The notes under the pieces were generated by a model. That model saw only the letters and a list, made by a program, of their open reading frames with translations, did no database searches and was not told the DNA's origin. The position numbers and the translations under genes were made by a program. From Candidatus Electronema halotolerans (GTDB lineage: Bacteria > Desulfobacterota > Desulfobulbia > Desulfobulbales > Desulfobulbaceae), in the NCBI GenBank assembly GCA_942493095.1, contig OW818675.1, forward strand, positions 2,220,001 to 2,252,000: a stretch of DNA of 32,000 nt, in the 5' to 3' direction. This document shows positions 19,578 to 29,391 of the stretch, piece after piece. The stretch's first letter is position 1. Each line of letters begins with the position of its first letter.

Positions 19578-20335
19578 TTGCGCAGATGAACTGGCTGATG
19601 CTGCCGGTCGGCATAGGCATCGCCGCAGTGGCCATGTTTTTCGGCTTGGGCGGCGGGGTACTCTGGATGCCGGTGCTGCTCACCTTCACATCTCTCCAGC
19701 CTGAGGAGGCGGTCATTTGCACCATAGTCATTCAAATGTTCGGACAGATGAGCGCCTCGGTCAGCAACAGCCGGGCCGGACTGGTGAACTGGCCGTTAGT
19801 CAGAATGATGGCCTTGGTCGGCCTGCCCTGTGTCGGCGCAGGGGTGCTGCTTTCCGCTGTCCTCCACCCAGTCTGGATCAAACTCTTCTTGGGCTTGGTG
19901 ATTTTTTTCATTGCTTATGCTTTTCTGCGGGGCGATGATTTTTTTGTCCAAGGTTCAGATCAGCCTGACTTGCAGGCCGCCCGGCAGGGCCGTCCGCTGG
20001 CGGCAATGGGCAGTGTGCTGACCGGATTTCTTGGGGTGGGCGTGGGCGACTGGCTGGTGCCTTTTTTCAACATGCGCTGCGGCCTGTCCATGAGCCGGTC
20101 TGTGGCCACCTGCATCGTCCTGATGCTGGTGCTTTCCACAGCTGCCTTGCTTGCCCATCTGCTGCTGGGCCGCAGCATTCCTTGGCCAGTGGCTCTGCCC
20201 GGCATCATCGGTGTGCTGCTCGGCGCGCAGCTTGGCGCGCGGCTGCTGCATCAGGTCCCGGAAACCCGTTTCAAAGAATTTTTTGTCCTCATGCTGGTGT
20301 TCATCGCCGCCCATGTCACCTTCAATGCCCTGTAG
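19571..20335 (+). CDS. TauE/SafE-family sulfite exporter-like permease
   Basis: Polytopic; AAVAMFFGLGGGVLWMPVL, RAGLVNWPLV, MGSVLTGFLGVGVGDWLVPFF, GVLLGAQLGARL motifs; GTG start overlaps the upstream gene. Confidence 0.82.
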   Translation: MLIAQMNWLMLPVGIGIAAVAMFFGLGGGVLWMPVLLTFTSLQPEEAVICTIVIQMFGQMSASVSNSRAGLVNWPLVRMMALVGLPCVGAGVLLSAVLHPVWIKLFLGLVIFFIAYAFLRGDDFFVQGSDQPDLQAARQGRPLAAMGSVLTGFLGVGVGDWLVPFFNMRCGLSMSRSVATCIVLMLVLSTAALLAHLLLGRSIPWPVALPGIIGVLLGAQLGARLLHQVPETRFKEFFVLMLVFIAAHVTFNAL

Positions 20336-20347
20336 CTGCAAGCCACG

Positions 20348-21739
20348 ATGAAAAACTCCGCCGCCAACGGCTTTGTTGGTGAAATAGAAGGATTGAGCTT
20401 GGTGGATTTGGTCCAGTTCGCCTGCCTGTCCGGGGACGACCGCAAGTTGAGCGTTCTCAGCAGCGATGACAACTTGGGAGTGCTCTATTTTTCCGACAAC
20501 GAGATTGTCCATGCCGAATTCGGCGAGCTGACCGGCGAGGAGGCCTTTTTCCGCATCATGAGCTGGCCTTCCGGCACCTTCAGCATGCTCTTTGACCAGA
20601 CCGACCAGCGCACTATAGATTCCTCATGGAATTTTCTGCTCTTGGAAGCGGCCCGCCGTCTTGATGAGCAGCAGAAGAAAATCGCTCCCACGGAAGAAGA
20701 GAAAAAGAATATCCTGCCCAAAGTGCTGGTGGTGGATGATTCCCGTTTTTTCACCAAGGCCTTTGTCAAGCTCTTTGAAGATCAGATCAAGGCCAAGGTC
20801 GTGGGCACAGCCACTAATGGCAAGGAAGCCCTAAAGTTTTTGGAAATGCAGGTCCCTGATTTGGTCACGCTGGACATGAACATGCCGGTGATGAGCGGTG
20901 ATGCCGCCTTGAAGCACATCATGATCCGCTCGCCAGCACCAGTGGTGCTTCTCAGCAATTTCAGCGATGAGCATTCCTTCAGGATGATTGACTTCATGCG
21001 CTACGGGGCCGTGGATGTGGTGGCCAAGCCGGTCAATCCTGAATCATGGAATATGATAGGCCGCCGCCTTCAGTACATTCTCAGGAATGTCGGCGAACTC
21101 CGCTTTGACAATCTCAGCCGGGCTAAAAATCTCAAGCCGGCAGAGAGCAAAATCACCCCGGTCAAAGCGGCATCAAGGCTGATTCTGATTTTAAGCGGCT
21201 TGGGCGGCATGCTGGAACTGCAAAAGATCATTCCCGCCTTGGAGCCGGATGAGACAACAGCAGTGGTGGTGCTGCAAAATATGTATCCAGGCATGGCAAA
21301 ACACTTGGCCACCTATTTCAACAGCTTCACCGCCTACGCCGTGAGCAGGATCGCCTTGGGCGATGAGCTGCTCGGCGGGCAGTGCCGGATCGGCAACTGT
21401 CATGGCAGGCAGCAGTTCAGTCTTCATCACGGGGTGCCGATGCTCTCCGGCGAGGAGGATGAATTCCATCACAAGCCTTTGGACACAGACAACCTCCTGC
21501 ATTCCGCCGCTGAGGTCTTCAATGCCGAACTGACCCTGATTCTTCTCAGCGGGGTGGATGTTGATTTGAAGCTCGGCATGGAGGCTGTAAAAAACAAGGG
21601 CGGCAAAATCATCCTTCAAGACCCTGAATCAAGCCTGCTGCCCGGCCCGCTGGAGGGCTTGAAAACCTTGGCCCTGGAGGAATGCTGCCTCAAGCCGGAG
21701 GACATTGCCTCCTATCTGGCCGCCAAACAGCAGTCATGA
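20348..21739 (+). CDS. DUF4388, receiver and CheB-like protein with degenerate active site
   Basis: GEIEGLSLVDLVQFACLSGDDRKLSVLSSDDNLGVLYFSDNEIVHAEFGELTGEEAFF (DUF4388-like), LVTLDMNMPVMSG receiver, then LILILSGLGGMLEL...VVVLQNMYPGMAKHLATYF...LLSGVDVDLKLGM: CheB-like with Ser->Gly and His->Asn. Confidence 0.85.
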   Translation: MKNSAANGFVGEIEGLSLVDLVQFACLSGDDRKLSVLSSDDNLGVLYFSDNEIVHAEFGELTGEEAFFRIMSWPSGTFSMLFDQTDQRTIDSSWNFLLLEAARRLDEQQKKIAPTEEEKKNILPKVLVVDDSRFFTKAFVKLFEDQIKAKVVGTATNGKEALKFLEMQVPDLVTLDMNMPVMSGDAALKHIMIRSPAPVVLLSNFSDEHSFRMIDFMRYGAVDVVAKPVNPESWNMIGRRLQYILRNVGELRFDNLSRAKNLKPAESKITPVKAASRLILILSGLGGMLELQKIIPALEPDETTAVVVLQNMYPGMAKHLATYFNSFTAYAVSRIALGDELLGGQCRIGNCHGRQQFSLHHGVPMLSGEEDEFHHKPLDTDNLLHSAAEVFNAELTLILLSGVDVDLKLGMEAVKNKGGKIILQDPESSLLPGPLEGLKTLALEECCLKPEDIASYLAAKQQS

Positions 21740-21828
21740 GCAAGTCCGGCGGCAGGAGGCTCCTGCGGTGCTCCACCCTTGCCTGACATCAAAAAGGTTG
21801 CGCCCGTTCAAACACAACTGAACAGGCA

Positions 21829-21879
21829 CAATTCAACTTCACTGTAGAGATCATGCGTCAGTTTTTCGGCATTGACGGA
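21829..21879 (+). repeat. Imperfect direct repeat, left copy (glmM upstream/start region)
   Basis: caattcaacttcactgtagagatcatgcgtcagtttttcggcattgacgg compared with 25160-25208. Confidence 0.55.
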
Positions 21880-21891
21880 CGGGAGCAGTGA
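21853..21891 (+). pseudogene. glmM: Decayed copy of the glmM 5' end
   Basis: ATGCGTCAGTTTTTCGGCATTGACGG (MRQFFGIDGREQ*) versus the intact glmM start ATGCGTCAGCTTTTCGGCACCGACGG (MRQLFGTDG) at 25183; similarity extends about 24 nt upstream. Confidence 0.65.
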
Positions 21892-21909
21892 ATCACTGCG
21901 CAACATTAC

Positions 21910-22862
21910 ATGAAAGATCAGCTTTATTACGGGGACAATCTCAAGATTCTGCGGGAATACATCCGGGATGAGAGCGTTGATCTGATTTATCTTGATCCGC
22001 CTTTCAACTCAAACCGCAGCTACAATGTCCTGTTCAAAGATGAAAGCGGGCAAGATTCCGAGGCCCAGCTCACCGCTTTTGAGGACACGTGGCATTGGGA
22101 TTTGGCTGCCGCTGCGGTGTATGAGAAGATCGTCACCAGCGCGCCGCCGCACGTGGCTTCCATGATCGGCGCATTGCGCGAATTCATCGGCACCAATCAG
22201 GTGACAGCCTACATCGTCATGATGACCGCCCGCCTGCTGGAACTGCACCGCGTTCTCAAACCGACCGGCAGTCTGTATTTGCATTGCGACCCAACAGCAA
22301 GCCATTATTTGAAAATTGTCTTGGATTCTATTTTCGGAATGCAGAACTTTCGCAACGAATTTGTTTGGAAACGTTCGTCAGCGCACAGTGATGCCAAACA
22401 AGGTTCAAAGCAGGGCGGAAGAATTCATGATACTATCTTTTTCTATACCAAAGGAAAAGAATGGACATGGAATCCGATCTATACCAAATATGATGACAAT
22501 TATATTAAGAAGAATTACAGATACACAGACAAGAAAAGCGGAAGAAAATTCTGCATAGATAATTTGACAGCAGCCAAGCCGGGTGGTGATACCAGCTATG
22601 AATGGCGCGTTAAACGAAAAAAAGACGGTAAAGCAAGCTGGGAAGCAGATTTAACTGAAGAGTATCTTTCTCAGAAGGAAGATTGGGAATACAAAGGAGT
22701 TCCTCCTTATAAAAAGAGATTTTGGGCATATTCTCAGAAAAACATGAGGGAATTTTCCAAGCAAGATAGACTGTATTATTCTGATTCAGGAATGCCACGC
22801 TATAAACGGTATCTTGATGAAATGCCCGGTGTGCCTTTGCAAGATTTATGGACAGATATTTC
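21910..22862 (+). pseudogene. DNA methyltransferase, N-terminal part (interrupted by IS element)
   Basis: LIYLDPPFNSNRSYNVLF (motif IV), VLKPTGSLYLHCDPTASHYLK; ends ...LWTDIS at the insertion, then stop supplied by the IS end. Joins in frame with 24357-25140. Confidence 0.9.
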
Positions 22863-24348
22863 GTAACTGATCACAGGGTGTCTCTAAAAAACACTGGCGC
22901 TTGGCATCGCAACTGGATAAATTGTGAGCAGTAATTTTTTCCGCAGGAGAAAGCTGTGACCGCCCCGTTCCATCGTGAAAATTTTGAGATAAGCGAGGAA
23001 GACCTTGCCGCTACACCTCCTGCGGTGCGGAAGCTGCTGTCTTTTTTGATCGCTGAGGTAACGCGGCTGAGAAAACGGGTCGAAGAGCTTGAGGCGAAAC
23101 TCGGCGAAGATTCCTCGAACTCGAACAGGCCGCCTTCTTCCGACTCTCCGTTTACAGAAAAACGGCAGAGAGATCAGGCGGGGAAGCCCCGGAAAAAGCG
23201 GCGTGGATATCGTCAGGAGCTGATGCCGCCGACAGAAACGCAAAAAATGTATCCTTCCGCCTGCTCCTGCGGTTGCGGCAAATTCAAAAACATACGGTCA
23301 TATTATACGCATCAGCATATTGAACTGCCGGAAATCGTGATGCAGGTCAGGCATTTCCTTCTTTATAAAGGGGAATGCGCCGCCTGCGGCAAAACCGTCA
23401 GAGGCTGTGTTCCCGATGAATTCAGAACCGGTTTCGGGGCGCGGTTCACCGCGCTGGTTGCCGAACTGAGCGGCATGGACGGCAGCAGCCGGGGAACTGT
23501 GCGGAAGTTCATCCGTTCCGTGCTCGGCGTTCATATCAGTGCCGGGGCGGTGCAGAAGATCATTGACAGGGCTTCGGCGGCTGTCGCGCCGCACTATGAG
23601 GCCATTTGGGCTGCCGTCACAAGCGGGGATGTCGGGCATATTGATGAAACGACGTGGAAAACTGGCGGCAGACTGCGCTGGTTATGGGTTATGGCGAACC
23701 GGCAGGCCGCGTTCTTCATGATTCATCCGAAACGCTCCAAGGAAGCGTTTGAAGAACTGATCGGCGCTTGGAACGGTATTCTCATCAGCGACGGATACAA
23801 CGTGTACCAAAAATGGGTCGGCAAGCGGCAGACTTGCCTCGCGCATCTTATCCGCCGGGCAGACGGCCTTGCGGAGCGCGCTGACCCTGAACTGGCTGCC
23901 TGCGGAAAATGGGCCGCTGCGGAACTGCGGCGGCTCTGCCGCATGGCGAAAGACCCGCCGACCAAAGGTGAATGGTCCGCATTTTATGCCCGGCTCTGCC
24001 GACTTATCCTACGCTGGCGCGATTGCGACAGTGATGCGGGGAGGTTTGTCCGTCATATTGACAAGGAAATGGAGGCGTTGTTCACTTTCTTGCTCGAAGA
24101 AGGCGTAGAGCCGACAAATAATCCAGCGGAACGGATGCTCCGCTTCGGCGTGCTGTGGCGCAAACGGAGTCAGGGCACTGACAGCGACAAGGGAAACCGC
24201 TGGGTTGAACGAATCCTTTCCCTCCGGCAGACATGCCTGCTTCGGGGAAAATCCACTTTCGAGGTGCTCACCGAGGCCATGCGCTGCTATTTCAGAGGAC
24301 AGATGCCGGATTTAAGCTGGGTCTGAGCGGTACCCTGTGATCGCTTAC
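22863..24348 (+). mobile_element. IS66-like insertion sequence carrying only a tnpC-type transposase, 1486 bp
   Basis: Ends GTAACTGATCACAGGGT / ACCCTGTGATCGCTTAC form a 17-bp terminal inverted repeat (15/17 match); flanked by 8-bp direct repeat GATATTTC at 22855-22862 and 24349-24356. Confidence 0.95.
22956..24326 (+). CDS. tnpC: IS66 family transposase
   Basis: LRKRVEELEAKLGEDSSNSNRPPSSDSP, zinc-finger-like region, GHIDETTWKTGGRLRWLWVM, EGVEPTNNPAERMLR; GTG start preceded by caggaga. Confidence 0.93.
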   Translation: MTAPFHRENFEISEEDLAATPPAVRKLLSFLIAEVTRLRKRVEELEAKLGEDSSNSNRPPSSDSPFTEKRQRDQAGKPRKKRRGYRQELMPPTETQKMYPSACSCGCGKFKNIRSYYTHQHIELPEIVMQVRHFLLYKGECAACGKTVRGCVPDEFRTGFGARFTALVAELSGMDGSSRGTVRKFIRSVLGVHISAGAVQKIIDRASAAVAPHYEAIWAAVTSGDVGHIDETTWKTGGRLRWLWVMANRQAAFFMIHPKRSKEAFEELIGAWNGILISDGYNVYQKWVGKRQTCLAHLIRRADGLAERADPELAACGKWAAAELRRLCRMAKDPPTKGEWSAFYARLCRLILRWRDCDSDAGRFVRHIDKEMEALFTFLLEEGVEPTNNPAERMLRFGVLWRKRSQGTDSDKGNRWVERILSLRQTCLLRGKSTFEVLTEAMRCYFRGQMPDLSWV

Positions 24349-24356
24349 GATATTTC

Positions 24357-25140
24357 CCCGATCAGTTCATTAGCCGCTGAACGTCTTGGCTATCCCACCC
24401 AAAAACCAGTTGCTCTTCTTGAACGAATTCTTGCGGCCAGCAGCGATGAAGGTGATATCGTTCTTGATCCGTTCTGCGGCTGCGGCACGACTATTCATGC
24501 GGCGCAAAAGCTCAAGCGGAAATGGATTGGTATTGACATCACCCATCTTGCTATTGCTTTACAGAAATATCGTCTGAAAGATGCTTTCGGCATTGTTGAA
24601 AAAGAAGATTATGAGGTGATCGGCGAGCCGGAAAGTCTTGCTGATGCCAAGCAGCTTGCCAGCGATGACCGCTATCAGTTTCAATGGTGGGCTTTGTCAC
24701 TCATTCAGGCCCGGCCTGCTGGCGGAGAAATTGGCAGCAGACAAGGCAAAAAAGGCAAGGACAAAGGTATTGATGGTATCATCACCTTTATCGACGATGC
24801 AAGAAGTCGGCCAAAACGCCTTATTGTGCAGGTGAAGAGCGGCAAGGTCAAAAGCGGCGACATTCGTGATCTTGTCGGCACGATTGAACGTGAAAAGGCA
24901 GCCTTGGGAGTGTTCATCACCTTGGAGCAACCCACACGGGATATGAAAACTGAAGCGGCTTCAGCAGGCTTTTATCACTCTCTTGAATGGAACCGGGATT
25001 ATCCAAAAATTCAAATCCTCACCATTGAAGACCTGCTCGCAGGCACGGCAGTGCAGATGCCGGGCAGGGCGCAGACCTACAAACAGGCCCAACGGGAAAA
25101 AGAGCGGGCCGGGGTGCAGCAATCCTTGCAATGGGGTTGA
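24357..25140 (+). pseudogene. DNA methyltransferase C-terminal part fused to Mrr-like restriction endonuclease domain
   Basis: YPTQKPVALLERIL, IVLDPFCGCGTTIHAAQKLKRKWIGIDI (motif I region), then DKGIDGIITFIDDARSRPKRLIVQVKSG (D...QxK nuclease-like core). Confidence 0.88.
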
Positions 25141-25182
25141 TCGCCAAGCAAGGCTATTCCAATTTTCCAACCACAGAGAACC

Positions 25183-26535
<1,353 letters not shown>

Positions 26536-26546
26536 CGAAAGCTGCC

Positions 26547-27743
26547 ATGCCTGCTGACACGCTGAAAAAAGCGGCACGCACCGCCTGCTGGTTTGCCTTC
26601 CTCACCTTTCCGCTTTTGGTGATTCAAGTCAATCCATATAAGGAAACCGTACACTGGCGGTGGCTGAACCTGCTCTATGCAGTTGCTGGAGTTTTTTTTG
26701 TCGCGCTGGCATATCATGCCCTTGCCCATTTCAAGGCGGACAAGGCCAAGACAGCTACATCGCAACAGCACCAGCTTTTTGCTGTTTTTGAAAAAAAAGG
26801 AGTCCGCGCTACCGGATTAGCTCTGCTTCTCATGGCAGCGGTCGTTTTTCCTTGGCAGGTTTCCGCCTATCAGATCAACATCATGATCACAGCCCTGCTT
26901 TATGTGATGCTGGGCCTGGGCCTGAATATTGTCGTCGGCATGGCCGGACTGCTTGACCTCGGCTATGTGGCCTTTTATGCGGTCGGGGCCTATTCCTACG
27001 CCCTGCTCAACCTGCATTTCGGCATTGGCTTCTGGACAGCTCTGCCCCTTGGCGGCCTGATGGCAGCAGGATTCGGCATCATCCTCGGCTTTCCCGTGCT
27101 GCGCCTGCGCGGCGACTACCTCGCCATTGTCACCCTTGGCTTTGGTGAGATAATTCGTCTGATTTTAGAAAATTGGACCGATTTCTCAAAGGGGCCGAGC
27201 GGCATCTCCGGCATTCCCCGGCCAAGCTTCTTCGGCATGGACTTGAACCTTGATCAGTCGCTCACCTATCTCTATTACCTGATGCTGGTCATGGTCGCGC
27301 TGACCATTTTTGCCACCAGCCGCCTGCAACATTCCCGCATAGGCCGTGCTTGGGCTGCCCTGCGCGAGGACGAGATTGCCTGCCGGGCAATGGGCATTGA
27401 CAAGACCAAGATCAAGCTGGCAGCCTTTGCCTCCGGCGCATTCTGGGCAGGCATGGCCGGGGTGATTTTTGCGGCCAAGACCACCTTTGTCAATCCTGCC
27501 TCGTTCACCTTCATGGAGTCGGCAATCATTCTCTGCATTGTCGTGCTCGGCGGCATGGGTTCCATTCCCGGCGTGATCATTGCAGCCTTGGTGCTGATTC
27601 TGCTGCCGGAATATCTCCGGGCCGTGGCCGACTACCGGATGCTGGTCTTTGGCGCGACCTTGGTCCTGATGATGCGCTTCCGGCCCGGCGGCCTGCTGGC
27701 CCCGTCACGGCGGCGGCGGCAGCAGACTGATGACACAGCATAA
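26547..27743 (+). CDS. livM: Branched-chain amino acid ABC transporter permease LivM-like
   Basis: ALLYVMLGLGLNIVVGMAGLLDLGYVAFYAVGAYSYALL, LRGDYLAIVTLGFGEIIRLI, GRAWAALREDEIACRAMGI, GGMGSIPGVIIAALVLILLPEYLR. ORF track start 26502 overlaps glmM; ATG 26547 preferred. Confidence 0.92.
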   Translation: MPADTLKKAARTACWFAFLTFPLLVIQVNPYKETVHWRWLNLLYAVAGVFFVALAYHALAHFKADKAKTATSQQHQLFAVFEKKGVRATGLALLLMAAVVFPWQVSAYQINIMITALLYVMLGLGLNIVVGMAGLLDLGYVAFYAVGAYSYALLNLHFGIGFWTALPLGGLMAAGFGIILGFPVLRLRGDYLAIVTLGFGEIIRLILENWTDFSKGPSGISGIPRPSFFGMDLNLDQSLTYLYYLMLVMVALTIFATSRLQHSRIGRAWAALREDEIACRAMGIDKTKIKLAAFASGAFWAGMAGVIFAAKTTFVNPASFTFMESAIILCIVVLGGMGSIPGVIIAALVLILLPEYLRAVADYRMLVFGATLVLMMRFRPGGLLAPSRRRRQQTDDTA

Positions 27744-27764
27744 TCTGTTCGGCAAGCACTACGC

Positions 27765-27807
27765 AAAGAAGCCGCTGAACGGGCAGTTCCCGTCCAGCGG
27801 CTTCTTT
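27765..27807 (+). terminator. Strong stem-loop terminator, probably bidirectional
   Basis: AAAGAAGCCGCTG (27765-27777) pairs perfectly with CAGCGGCTTCTTT (27795-27807), inner ACGGG/CCCGT stem, followed by CTTTTG; lies between convergent livM and psrC-like genes. Confidence 0.88.
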
Positions 27808-27841
27808 CTTTTGCAGCGGCAGAAACACTACAGCATCTGCT

Positions 27842-28819
27842 TCACATATATGCGCTGTAGCCGGAAAGCTGGCCCGCATAGACCAAGGCAAAACGGATGA
27901 CCGCGCCGCCCACTAAGACCAGCACCGCGCTGAAATTCATCATCATCAGGCTGGAGGTGGTCAGCTCCTCGGTGTGTTCGCCTGTCACCTCAAGGAATTT
28001 CAGGATGACCGCCAAGGGCAGGAAAGTGCCCAGTACGACAATGCTGAGGAAGTACGGAAAGAATTCATGCGAGGTGCTGAAAAAAGGCGCGATAGCCTGC
28101 TGATGCGCCGCATCGCCGACATAATGGCCGTAGAACATGAGCAAAAGAATGGTCAACTCGGCAATGATCAGCCAGACATCAATCTTGGTGAAAAAGAGCT
28201 TTGTTTCCTTGCTCTTGGCCAAGATGATCATCAAGGCCGCGCCAGTGCTCATGCCGCTGACCAAGAACAGAACCGGCAGGATGGGGGTGCTCCACAGAGG
28301 CCGGGCCACCAAGCTACTGAGAAGCACGCCAGTGTAGATGGCCAAGAGAACTCCGGCAATGATATTGGCCTTGGCCAGTTTGAGCAGATGCGGCTTGAGG
28401 TTCTCGGCTGCGTTTCTGATCGACGGATATTTGATCTTGCCCCTGATGTCATCCGGCAGGGCCGCCAAAGCATAAGCGATCAATAGTGGATAGATGATGA
28501 AGACAATCCACGCGCCCCAGCTCATCGGCGAGACCGGCTTGAAGGCCAAATAGAACCAGAAGGCGTGAAATGGTCGCTCCAGATCAAGGTTGAGAAAAAT
28601 CAGGCCAATGGTCAGCAGAATCGGGATCAGCACCGGAATCTTCCAGGCATTGACCGCGTCCGCGCTCTGCTTGCTGCTGGGCCGGATGTAGTTGACCGCG
28701 CTCATGGTCATCAGGCCGCCGCAGAGACCGCCGAGAAAAAGATAGCTGGCCACCCGCCAGTCCCAGACGTGCATGGCCGGATAGGTGATGGCATTGGTGC
28801 CGACAATATGCAGTTCCAT
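27842..28819 (-). CDS. psrC: NrfD/PsrC-family membrane anchor of polysulfide/thiosulfate reductase-like complex
   Basis: WDWRVASYLFLGGLCGGLMTMSAV, WGAWIVFIIYPLLIAYALAAL, polytopic; adjacent to FeS and molybdopterin subunits. Confidence 0.85.
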   Translation of the reverse strand: MELHIVGTNAITYPAMHVWDWRVASYLFLGGLCGGLMTMSAVNYIRPSSKQSADAVNAWKIPVLIPILLTIGLIFLNLDLERPFHAFWFYLAFKPVSPMSWGAWIVFIIYPLLIAYALAALPDDIRGKIKYPSIRNAAENLKPHLLKLAKANIIAGVLLAIYTGVLLSSLVARPLWSTPILPVLFLVSGMSTGAALMIILAKSKETKLFFTKIDVWLIIAELTILLLMFYGHYVGDAAHQQAIAPFFSTSHEFFPYFLSIVVLGTFLPLAVILKFLEVTGEHTEELTTSSLMMMNFSAVLVLVGGAVIRFALVYAGQLSGYSAYM

Positions 28820-28831
28820 GCTTCTTCCTCC

Positions 28832-29389
28832 TTAGCTTTTGCGAGGAAACTGGTTGATGTAATAGACATGCGGCTTGGTGCCGACTTCCGGCTTCAGCGT
28901 CCGTGAACTGTGGTCGCGGAGAAGCTGACTGACATGGCTGTTCGGGTCGTCCAGATCGCCGAACATGCGCGAGCCGCCGACACAGGTGGCCACGCAGGCA
29001 GGCTCCTTGCCTTCTTCGAGCCGATGCTGGCAGAAGGAGCACTTGTCGGCATAGCCGTGCTCCGGGTTGATATAGCGGACATCATAAGGACAGGCTGTGA
29101 TGCAGGCCTTGCAGCCCACGCATTTTTTGCGGTCTATCTGGACCGTGCCGTCCGCCTCCTGATGCGAGGCCCCGGTCGGACAAATATGGACGCAGGGCGG
29201 ATTGTCGCAGTGATTGCACAGCTCAGAGCGCATCTCGGTGCGCAGCCGGGGAAACTCGCCCCGCACCATCTCCACCACCCGGGTTCGGTAGTGCTCTTCT
29301 GGAACATCGTTCTCGCGCTTGCAGGCCACCACGCAGGACATGCAGCCAATGCAGCGCGACTGGTCTATGACCATGACATATCTTGGCAT
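28832..29389 (-). CDS. psrB: 4Fe-4S ferredoxin-type subunit (PsrB/PhsB/NrfC-like)
   Basis: CIGCMSCVVACKREN, CNHCDNPPCVHICPTGA, DRKKCVGCKACITACPYDVR, CSFCQHRLEEGKEPACVATC. Confidence 0.93.
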   Translation of the reverse strand: MPRYVMVIDQSRCIGCMSCVVACKRENDVPEEHYRTRVVEMVRGEFPRLRTEMRSELCNHCDNPPCVHICPTGASHQEADGTVQIDRKKCVGCKACITACPYDVRYINPEHGYADKCSFCQHRLEEGKEPACVATCVGGSRMFGDLDDPNSHVSQLLRDHSSRTLKPEVGTKPHVYYINQFPRKS

Positions 29390-29391
29390 TC

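Noticed and set aside
22863-24348. Full three-gene IS66 (tnpA-tnpB-tnpC) element
   Set aside because: The 1486-bp element has room for, and contains, only a tnpC-type transposase; no tnpA or tnpB reading frames are present.
27577-27891. 104-aa minus-strand ORF across the livM end and terminator
   Set aside because: Spans a strong terminator hairpin and overlaps two real genes; low-complexity Ala/Arg content.
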